From Ruminococcus sp. (GTDB lineage: Bacteria > Bacillota > Clostridia > Oscillospirales > Ruminococcaceae), in assembly GCA_024697545.1 (NCBI GenBank), contig JAILFN010000034.1, forward strand, positions 14,831 through 78,830: a stretch of DNA of 64,000 nucleotides. Direction: 5' to 3'. Below are positions 1-7,584 of this stretch, piece by piece. The notes under the pieces are model-generated. The model saw only the letters and a program-made list of their open reading frames with translations. It was not told the origin of the DNA and ran no database searches. Made by a program: the position numbers and the translations under genes. The number at the start of each line of letters is the position of its first letter. The first letter of the stretch is position 1.

Positions 1-402
1 CGTCTCGATGCCCCACTTGTCGTTCCAGAGCTCGTTGAATATGCGGTAGGTAGCGATGTAGGTAACTGTCGAGAAGATAACGTGGTCGCCCTTTTTCAGC
101 TGAGAGAAGAAGAGCGCAGAGAGTGCGGCAACACCGCTTGCGAGGACCACGCAGTCCTCAGCGCCGTGCATATCGCAGAGCTTGTGCTCAAGCTTGCCCT
201 GATTCACGCCGCCGTTGCGGGTGTATATGTTTTCTTCAGATGCAGACCAGTTCATCGTAGACGGGTCATAGGGCAGTGCGAAGCTGTTTGCCATATAGAT
301 AGCAGGCTCGATAGCGCCTGTTGCGGGGTCGGATTCGCCGCCGACGTGTACGGCTCTTGTTGAAAGCGCCATGCCTTCGTAATGATTCTTTTCGCTCATC
401 AT
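1..402 (-). CDS. PLP-dependent Cys/Met metabolism enzyme (cystathionine gamma-synthase/methionine gamma-lyase family), 5' part; truncated by window edge
   Basis: Not in the ORF track. Manual translation from ATG at 402 (RBS GAAAGGA) gives MMSEKNHYEGMALSTRAVHVGGESDPATGAIEPAIYMANSF...YTRNGGVNQGKLEHKL...LASGVAAL...GDHVI, the typical N-terminus of this family. Confidence 0.85.
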   Translation of the reverse strand, partial: MMSEKNHYEGMALSTRAVHVGGESDPATGAIEPAIYMANSFALPYDPSTMNWSASEENIYTRNGGVNQGKLEHKLCDMHGAEDCVVLASGVAALSALFFSQLKKGDHVIFSTVTYIATYRIFNELWNDKWGIET

Positions 403-521
403 AAACTTTCCTTTCGATCCAATTAGCTGCCGCTTGCAGCGTACCCATTTATTATACCATATTAAAGCATTGAATTTGTAAAATGATGGTGAATTTTTAA
501 CCGCAGCCCCTCAGTCGTCAG

Positions 522-682
522 TTTTGCTCCCCCAACTAAACCTTGACAAAAATGCTTGACACAAATAAAAAATCTCTGCGTTGTAAAAGCTTGAAGGGCG
601 ACAGCTCATCTGCGCTTTTACGCCTTGATATTTTTTATTTTTGCCTGCGCCTTTCCGGCAAGGTTTAATTGGGGGAGCAAAA
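522..682. repeat. 161-bp imperfect palindrome (foldback/MITE-like element)
   Basis: 24-bp terminal inverted repeats at 522-545 and 659-682 (23/24 match); internal symmetry continues (AAATAAAAAAT/ATTTTTTATTT, GTAAAAGC/GCTTTTAC). Confidence 0.8.
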
Positions 683-726
683 TCATAGTCAACATCAAAA
701 TAAATCTGACATTAACTATATTTACA

Positions 727-755
727 TTGACTTGTCAAAAAAAAAGTGATATAAT
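727..755 (+). promoter_or_regulatory. sigma-A promoter for transporter operon
   Basis: TTGACT-17 bp-TATAAT with extended -10 TG. Confidence 0.75.
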
Positions 756-826
756 GGTATTTGTGCGCTAAAAAAGGGCACAAAATGAAATATTGCGTTA
801 TCGAACGCAAAACAGGAGGTTTATCA

Positions 827-2179
827 ATGATAGTGGCACAGATATTTGCTGTTATCATCTTTGTCGGGATGTTCATAATGATCGTTCTTGACAAAATTGA
901 AAGGCACTATGTAACACTCGCAAGCGGCGCTCTTACACTCGTAGTAGTGTTCGGCATCTGCATGAGAAACGGCGGTGCGATACTCAAAACGCTCGCTGTA
1001 AAGGACTTCTTCACCAAGAGCTTCTGGTATCAGGTGGAGGAAAGCGAAAGCTCTGGCATAAACTGGGCGACGATAGTATTCATCGCGGGCATGATGCTCA
1101 TGGTAGAAGGCATGGCGAGGGCAGGCTTCTTCAGATGGCTCTGCATGAAGATAGCGTTTCTTGTAAAATGCAGGACTATACCCATCTTCATCACCTTTAC
1201 GCTTATGTCGGCGATACTTTCAATGTTCATCGACAGCATCACCGTTATCATGTTCCTCGCGGCAGTAACGGTAGAGCTTGCACAGCTTCTTAAATTCAAC
1301 CCCATACCCATGATACTTTCGGAGATCTTCTGCGCGAATCTCGGCGGAAGCGCTACCATGTGCGGCGATCCCCCGAACATCATCATCGGCACGTCACTCG
1401 GGTTCTCGTTCTTTGATTTCCTTACAAACACGGGTCTTGCGGCGGCGATAAGCCTTGTGGTATCAATACTCTTCCTTTACTTCGCGTTCAGGAAAGAGCT
1501 TGTTTCAAAGAACGGCGAAAGCGTTGATATCAGCAGCATCCCCAAGCCCTCTGAGGCTATCACCAGCAAGAAGGACTTTATCATAAGCAGCGTGATATTC
1601 GGCTGCGCCGTTATACTTCTTGTCACCCACAGCACGACACACCTCACCGTTGCATCTATCGGCACATTCATCGCGGCGGTAACTCTCATAACCTCGGGCA
1701 AGCATTCGCTCGAACTTCTCAAGAAGGTAGACTACAAGACGCTGCTCTTCTTCATCGGACTGTTCATAGTCGTAAGCGGACTTGAAGAGACAAAGATACT
1801 CGACAAGATAGCCATGTTCATTGAGAATATAAGCGGCGGCGATGCTAAGATGATGCTCGCTATAATCATATGGGTATCCGCGATAGCAAGCGCATTCGTT
1901 GACAATATCCCCTTTGCGGCGACCATGGTGCCTGTTATCAAGAACTTAGCGGCAGCTTCCGGCACGCCTATCAGCACCCTTGCATGGGCGCTCGCCATCG
2001 GTACAGATATCGGCGGAAGCGCAACACCCATCGGTGCTTCGGCTAACGTTGTAGGCACATCTGTTGCGGCAAAGAACGGCTATCCCGTAAGCTGGGGACG
2101 CTACTGCAAGAGGCTCGCTCCCGCTACCGTGATCGTGCTTGCCATATCGACCGCTTACATTTTCGTCAGGTACCTTTGA
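827..2179 (+). CDS. ArsB/NhaD (ion transporter superfamily) permease
   Basis: Very hydrophobic multi-TM protein; motifs SMFIDSITV, NLGGSATMCGDPPN, SAFVDNIP, GGSATPIGASAN; start moved to ATG 827 behind AGGAGG. Confidence 0.85.
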   Translation: MIVAQIFAVIIFVGMFIMIVLDKIERHYVTLASGALTLVVVFGICMRNGGAILKTLAVKDFFTKSFWYQVEESESSGINWATIVFIAGMMLMVEGMARAGFFRWLCMKIAFLVKCRTIPIFITFTLMSAILSMFIDSITVIMFLAAVTVELAQLLKFNPIPMILSEIFCANLGGSATMCGDPPNIIIGTSLGFSFFDFLTNTGLAAAISLVVSILFLYFAFRKELVSKNGESVDISSIPKPSEAITSKKDFIISSVIFGCAVILLVTHSTTHLTVASIGTFIAAVTLITSGKHSLELLKKVDYKTLLFFIGLFIVVSGLEETKILDKIAMFIENISGGDAKMMLAIIIWVSAIASAFVDNIPFAATMVPVIKNLAAASGTPISTLAWALAIGTDIGGSATPIGASANVVGTSVAAKNGYPVSWGRYCKRLAPATVIVLAISTAYIFVRYL

Positions 2180-2197
2180 TAGAACGGAGGATAAAAT

Positions 2198-2794
2198 ATG
2201 TCTCAGATAATCATTTCCATCGGACGCGAATTCGGAAGCGGCGGACGCGCTATCGCTGAAAAGCTCGCCGAAAAGTTTGATATACCCCTGTACGACCGCC
2301 ACCTCATCACCGAGATCGCCGAGAAGACAGGCATGACGGAAGCCGAGGTAGAAAAGTACAACGAGGCTCCAAAGATGAAGATAATATCGAGAAGGGTCAA
2401 CGGATACAGCAACTCCATCGAGGACAACATAGCCGAGATGCAGTTCGATATCCTTGACAAAAAAGCTCAGAGCGGAGAATCCTTCGTCGTTATCGGAAGA
2501 TGCTCCGAGACAAAGCTCAAAAAATACCCCGCGCTGATATCGCTGTTCATACTCGGCGATATGGACAAAAAGATCGAGCGCGTCATGAAGATATATGAGC
2601 TTGACGAAGAAGAGGCGACAAAGTTCATCGCCAAAAAGGACAAGAAGAGAAAGCGCTACCACAACTATCATTGTCAGGGAAAGTGGGGCGATTCCCGCCT
2701 TTACGACCTTTCGGTAAACAGCTCAAAGCTCGGCATAGACAAAACGGCTGATATGCTCGAAAGCTACATCAGGGCACGCATCGAAGCGGAGTGA
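2198..2794 (+). CDS. cytidylate kinase-like family protein
   Basis: IISIGREFGSGGR P-loop variant, VVIGRC and YDLSVNSS motifs. Confidence 0.8.
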   Translation: MSQIIISIGREFGSGGRAIAEKLAEKFDIPLYDRHLITEIAEKTGMTEAEVEKYNEAPKMKIISRRVNGYSNSIEDNIAEMQFDILDKKAQSGESFVVIGRCSETKLKKYPALISLFILGDMDKKIERVMKIYELDEEEATKFIAKKDKKRKRYHNYHCQGKWGDSRLYDLSVNSSKLGIDKTADMLESYIRARIEAE

Positions 2795-2800
2795 CACCAT

Positions 2801-3661
2801 ATGTGTGAAGTTAAAAAAGAGATAGTGATCCCGAATGAGATCGAGCTTTCGGTGGTAAAAAAATTCCGCAAGGATATCTGGTCGAGGTTCTTAAAGGGAA
2901 TAAAGGATTATCAGCTGATAAACGAAGGCGACAAGATCGCGGTCTGCATATCCGGCGGCAAGGATTCAATGCTGCTGGCAGTTTGCATGAAGCGGCTGCA
3001 AAGGTATTCAAAGATCCCCTTTGACGTGGAATTTATCGTGATGGACCCCGGTTACAACGAGGTGAACCGCCGCCGCATCGAGGACAACGCCGCAAAGCTT
3101 GAAATACCCGTACACATATTCGAGGTCGGCATATTCGGCGCGGTGAAGAAGATGGACGACAACCCCTGCTATATGTGCGCCCGCATGAGACGCGGTCATC
3201 TTTACAAGATGGCAAAGGATCTCGGCTGCAACAAGATAGCGCTGGGGCACCACTTTGATGACGTTATCGAGACTATCCTCATGGGTATGCTCTACGGCTC
3301 ACAGGTGCAGACGATGATGCCTAAGATACACAGCGAAAATTTCGAGGGCATGGAGCTTATCCGTCCGCTGTATCTGGTGCGTGAGGACAGCATAAAGCAC
3401 TGGGCAAAGTACAACAGCCTTGAATTTATACGCTGCGCCTGCCTGCTCACCGAAAAGTGCGAGGACGAGGAAACGGGCTCAAAGCGTGCCGAGATAAAGG
3501 CGCTGCTGAGGGAGCTTCGCAAAAAGAGCGAAGCCATAGACATGAACATCTTCCGCAGCGTTGAGAACGTCAATCTTCAGACGATAATCTCATACCACCG
3601 CGGCGACGACTATCACCACTTCCTCGACGACTATGACGAAGGCAGAAGCGTCAGAGGATAA
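2801..3661 (+). CDS. ttcA: tRNA 2-thiocytidine biosynthesis TtcA-family protein
   Basis: PP-loop SGGKDS, PCYMCARMRRG, LGHHFDD, IRPL motifs. Confidence 0.8.
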   Translation: MCEVKKEIVIPNEIELSVVKKFRKDIWSRFLKGIKDYQLINEGDKIAVCISGGKDSMLLAVCMKRLQRYSKIPFDVEFIVMDPGYNEVNRRRIEDNAAKLEIPVHIFEVGIFGAVKKMDDNPCYMCARMRRGHLYKMAKDLGCNKIALGHHFDDVIETILMGMLYGSQVQTMMPKIHSENFEGMELIRPLYLVREDSIKHWAKYNSLEFIRCACLLTEKCEDEETGSKRAEIKALLRELRKKSEAIDMNIFRSVENVNLQTIISYHRGDDYHHFLDDYDEGRSVRG

Positions 3662-3680
3662 CGGCTTACACAAAAAAAAC

Positions 3681-3713
3681 AAAGGCAGCGTTCCGACCGA
3701 TCGCTGCCTTTTT
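3681..3713. terminator. bidirectional intrinsic terminator
   Basis: AAAGGCAGCG/CGCTGCCTTT stem flanked by A and T runs, between convergent genes. Confidence 0.7.
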
Positions 3714-3768
3714 CATTTCTACGGTCCCATGCGTGATGCAGGACCTCAGCCTTCAATTGTCTGTCTTA

Positions 3769-5004
3769 TCAGAGAAAATCAAGTCCCGATATCTTCCATT
3801 TACCGCCGTCATTGACGATATAAAGCTTTAGCTGTGCCGTGCCTTCGGCTGTTGCATATTCAGCTGTTGCGGAGAATGAATCTGCCTTGACATCGGAAAT
3901 TATAAACTCGGTCTCTGTCCATGTGTAACCGCTCTCGCGGCAGGCAAAGGTGTCGATATACATCGCCCCTTCGCTCTCTGTGTATATGGGTCTTTCGGTG
4001 CCGACCACATTTCCGTAGAAAGCGTTTATAAAATCATCGGTCATGTTGTCTCTCATAAAGCTGTCGATATCCGACACGCTTGCAAAACCGAAGTCAGTGA
4101 GCTTTGCATAGCCCTCGCCGACATTTGTAGCAGTTTCCGTCGCTTCGTACACCGCATCGGAACCGCCCGCGAGCCTGTCGATGGTGTCCAGTGCCTGCGT
4201 GAGCCTTAATGCCTCGGCATACTGACCTGTAGCGGTAGGTGCGATGACCGCCATAAGCTGATCTATAAGCTCCTGCGGGATATCGTAGTCGATGAAGTTT
4301 ATCGTCAGCTGCGGCTGGTCGCCGACCATCGAGATAAAGTATTTGATATCATCGGAAGTGCTGAGGAACACGCCCTGTTCCTCGCCGCTGCTGCCGTTTT
4401 CGCCGACGATGCAGTCATCCTTGATCTTGTCGATCTCATCGAGCACTGCGTCTATGCGCTCAAGCTGCTCCTCATCGGTGATCTCATAGTCGATATACTC
4501 TTCATTCTGAGGCGTAAAGCCGCTGACGTTGTACCTTCTTACAGAAGAGGAGCTGTCATAGGGGTGGTAGTAGGCAGCTGCACTTTCGCTGCCGCCGCTG
4601 TGATCTGCCCCGCTGCTGCCGCCTTTGCTGTCGCTTTTATCGACTGACGAAGCTTCATATCCATAGGGCTTATCCTTTTTCAGCGCGCTGTCTCTTCCCA
4701 GACCGTTCAGCACCACTGCCGTTGCCACTGCGAACACTATGCAGGCAGCGGCAACGTTCATAAAGGCTCGGTTCCTGTTCTTTTTAACGGCAGCCTCGGG
4801 CGCAGCGGAGTCTTTTTTATTTAAAGTCTCCATCATTATAATATTTGCTTTGTGCTCCGATACGCCCTTTTCATCTGCCTTGCTCATTGCATTTTTAAAG
4901 ATCCTGTCCTTGTCCTCGTCGGAAAGTACGGGGATCTTTGAGAGCTCTTCTATCGTTTTTTCGTCTGCATTGGCAAATGCGTCAAATATCCTGCGATCTT
5001 TCAT
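3769..5004 (-). CDS. putative anti-sigma factor (single TM, large extracellular domain)
   Basis: Immediately downstream of ECF sigma; cytoplasmic N-terminus, TM helix AAACIVFAVATAVVL, Ser/Gly linker, acidic extracellular region. Confidence 0.65.
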   Translation of the reverse strand: MKDRRIFDAFANADEKTIEELSKIPVLSDEDKDRIFKNAMSKADEKGVSEHKANIIMMETLNKKDSAAPEAAVKKNRNRAFMNVAAACIVFAVATAVVLNGLGRDSALKKDKPYGYEASSVDKSDSKGGSSGADHSGGSESAAAYYHPYDSSSSVRRYNVSGFTPQNEEYIDYEITDEEQLERIDAVLDEIDKIKDDCIVGENGSSGEEQGVFLSTSDDIKYFISMVGDQPQLTINFIDYDIPQELIDQLMAVIAPTATGQYAEALRLTQALDTIDRLAGGSDAVYEATETATNVGEGYAKLTDFGFASVSDIDSFMRDNMTDDFINAFYGNVVGTERPIYTESEGAMYIDTFACRESGYTWTETEFIISDVKADSFSATAEYATAEGTAQLKLYIVNDGGKWKISGLDFL

Positions 5005-5020
5005 TTTCCTCGTACCCCCT

Positions 5021-5584
5021 TTAAAATCCAAATTCTTTGCGGTCTATCAGCTTTTTCAGCCGTGCCATCGCACGTCTGCACCGCACTCTTACACTTGCGG
5101 GATTCATTTCTATCAGCTTTGATATCTCCGCAAATGTTCTGTTATAAAAATATTTCTGCACTACTATCGTGGAATCGGGCTCGCCCAGTGAAATCACCTT
5201 TTCGAGAAGCACGCGGCTTAGTTCAGCCTGCTCGTTCTCCTGCTCGATATCTCTGTCGTCGGCGATCTCGGGCGTGTTCTCATCGTCAATGGACACCGTC
5301 AACGTTTGTTTTGTCAGAAGATGGTAAACGTTTATCGCGCGTCGGTTTGCTATAACGCTTATATACCCGCGCATATCGCCCTCATACTCTTCTTCCGTAT
5401 CGTATTTTGTATAGATCTCCGCAAAAATATCGCTTACACATTCCTCTATATCCTCGCGGGAGGCGCAGCTTCTCAGCTTGCTGTTCACCACCGCGTAAAC
5501 GTAATTGCAATATTCATCGAAGAGCGTCTTATATGCCTTATCAGGCGACTGTTTGCACAGCGCACTGTAATCGCTTGCGGTCAT
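5021..5584 (-). CDS. ECF-type RNA polymerase sigma factor
   Basis: Region 2 (EDIEECVSDIF...IANRRAIN) and region 4 (KYFYNRTFAEIS...SVRVRCRRA); start ATG 5584 behind AGGAGG. Confidence 0.85.
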   Translation of the reverse strand: MTASDYSALCKQSPDKAYKTLFDEYCNYVYAVVNSKLRSCASREDIEECVSDIFAEIYTKYDTEEEYEGDMRGYISVIANRRAINVYHLLTKQTLTVSIDDENTPEIADDRDIEQENEQAELSRVLLEKVISLGEPDSTIVVQKYFYNRTFAEISKLIEMNPASVRVRCRRAMARLKKLIDRKEFGF

Positions 5585-5916
5585 ACGGCTCCTCCTGTTT
5601 TTTGCACCCCTGCCGCGCAAAGCAAAGGCGCAGGCAAGCGGGCACAAAGGCAGCGTGCGGACGCAAGTGTGCCGTCAGTAATAGCATCCGCCGCTGTGAA
5701 GATCAAGCCCATGGATTTTTGACCTTCACTATATACATTCAAAGATCAGGCTGAAAGTGTTTCACTTTTGAGCCGACTTTTAAAATGTTTGTATACCTGC
5801 ACAAATCTATGTATAGTTTTTCGGTATAGTTTTGTGCAGGTGCGTTGCAGAAACAAGCAGATGACCGTCCCATCAGGCGGGGCGGTCATTTTGAATATCC
5901 GAATTTTTCAATGCCG

Positions 5917-7068
5917 TTACTTCTTATCGGGCATGGTGAACTTCTGATTGAACTCCTGCTTGATAGCTTCAAGACGCTTTCTGTCCTCTACGCGCTTCTG
6001 GCGGTTTGTAAGCTCTATCTGTCTTGTCTCCTCGATGCCGTCCATGATGGTGCGCCATGTCTGCTCGAGTGTCTCTATCTGTATCGAGCTGCCCGAAGCC
6101 ATCTGAGAGGTGAGCTTAGACTGCTCAACGGTGTTGTGAGCGTTTTTGAGAAGCAGCTCGTTGGTCTTTTCGTCAAGCACGCGCATAGATTCCGCCTGTA
6201 TCTTCTGGCGCTTCAGGAGTATCGCCTGAGCGAGCGCCTGCTTGAATATAGGCAGCGTTATGATGAACGCGGTGTTTATCTTACGCAGCAGGTTGTAGTT
6301 TGAGAACTCCATAGTCTTGAGCATCGGTATCGACTGCATGGCTACGTTCTCTGCGGTGCGGAGGTCGTGTACCCTCTGCTCCATCATCATGAGCGACTGG
6401 TTAAGGCTCTGTATCTCGAACTGTATCGAGTTGTCGCCCGTCTGAGCCATATCGCGGGTGCGCTTGTCGATGTATGCCTGAAGCTCCTGACAAGCCTGCT
6501 CGCCCGCAAGGATATACTTCACTAGCTCGTGGTAATAGCCGACGTTCGCTTCAAACATGGTATTGAGCTTGTGGTTGGACTGGCGGATCTCCTGATCGTA
6601 GCTTCTCAGCTGAACGTAGATCTTATCCACGTCGTCGCCCATGGTGTGATACTTGGCAAGTATCTTATCCAGCTGCTGACGGACGTTGCCGAAGAGTTTG
6701 TCGAACAGACCCTTATCCTCCTTCAGCTCGTCGATATCGAACTTTGACATGATAGCCGCAAGGTGTACCATCAGCTGATTAGTCTCGTCTATCTCCTGAA
6801 TGTTCAAGCTGTTGAGCACCGTGTCGGAAGCCTTGGATATCTCCTCTGCGACCTCCGCGCCGAAGGTCACTATGGTGTCCATGTTGTGTACCTCGATGGT
6901 GCTGACGAGGGTATCTACCTCTTCTGAGCCTACCAGTGCGGTAGTCAGGTTCTCACGGTCGGTAACTATGTTATACTCCTCAATGTCGATGACATCACGC
7001 TCGGCAACGGGTGCGGGCTGTGCCGCCGCATTCTGCTGCTCCGCGAATTTTGAAAAATCAAGTCCCAT
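5917..7068 (-). CDS. telA: toxic anion resistance protein (TelA/YceH family)
   Basis: Coiled-coil TelA pattern (FGAEVAEEISKASD, LEQRVHDL, NYNLLRKINTAF, IQIETLEQTW); neighbours a yceG-like gene. Confidence 0.8.
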   Translation of the reverse strand: MGLDFSKFAEQQNAAAQPAPVAERDVIDIEEYNIVTDRENLTTALVGSEEVDTLVSTIEVHNMDTIVTFGAEVAEEISKASDTVLNSLNIQEIDETNQLMVHLAAIMSKFDIDELKEDKGLFDKLFGNVRQQLDKILAKYHTMGDDVDKIYVQLRSYDQEIRQSNHKLNTMFEANVGYYHELVKYILAGEQACQELQAYIDKRTRDMAQTGDNSIQFEIQSLNQSLMMMEQRVHDLRTAENVAMQSIPMLKTMEFSNYNLLRKINTAFIITLPIFKQALAQAILLKRQKIQAESMRVLDEKTNELLLKNAHNTVEQSKLTSQMASGSSIQIETLEQTWRTIMDGIEETRQIELTNRQKRVEDRKRLEAIKQEFNQKFTMPDKK

Positions 7069-7084
7069 TTCTTTTGTCCTCCTT

Positions 7085-7573
7085 TTATTTTTTCAGCTTG
7101 CCGCAAAATAGGTCAAGCCTGTTTTCGTTCTCTGCCGAAGGTTTATCCTTTGGGTCATAAAATATCTCTTCCGCCTCAAGATCGTCTGTTCCGAGCAGCT
7201 CTTTGAGCCTTATCAGGCACTTGTCTCCGCCGCCGCCTGTCTGGCAGACGAATGCGGCAATGCTCTTGCCCTCAAGTCCGCTGCGGTTTTCTTCGATGAA
7301 TGTGCGTATCGGAGGGGTAACGCGCGATGCCCATACGGGAAAGCCGAAGATCACGCGGTCATACCTTTCCGCATCAAAAGTATACGGTTTAAGCGCAGGC
7401 TTCTCGCTCATCATAGCTGCCTTTCCGCCCCATATGAACTTTGAAGCGCCCTTGTCGGGGTATGCCTTCTGAGGTTCTATGCGTATAAGATCTGCGCCGA
7501 TGCGCTCTGCTATGCGGTTTGCAGCAAGCTCTGAGTTGCCGTTCAGGGAATAATAAACTATTGCCGTTGCCAT
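7085..7573 (-). CDS. flavodoxin
   Basis: YYSLNGNS FMN-binding loop, GFPVWA, CQTGGG. Confidence 0.8.
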   Translation of the reverse strand: MATAIVYYSLNGNSELAANRIAERIGADLIRIEPQKAYPDKGASKFIWGGKAAMMSEKPALKPYTFDAERYDRVIFGFPVWASRVTPPIRTFIEENRSGLEGKSIAAFVCQTGGGGDKCLIRLKELLGTDDLEAEEIFYDPKDKPSAENENRLDLFCGKLKK

Positions 7574-7584
7574 AAGACACTACC

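Noticed and set aside
82-448. ORFs 82..363 (+) and 266..448 (-)
   Set aside because: Shadows of the real minus-strand PLP-enzyme gene starting at 402
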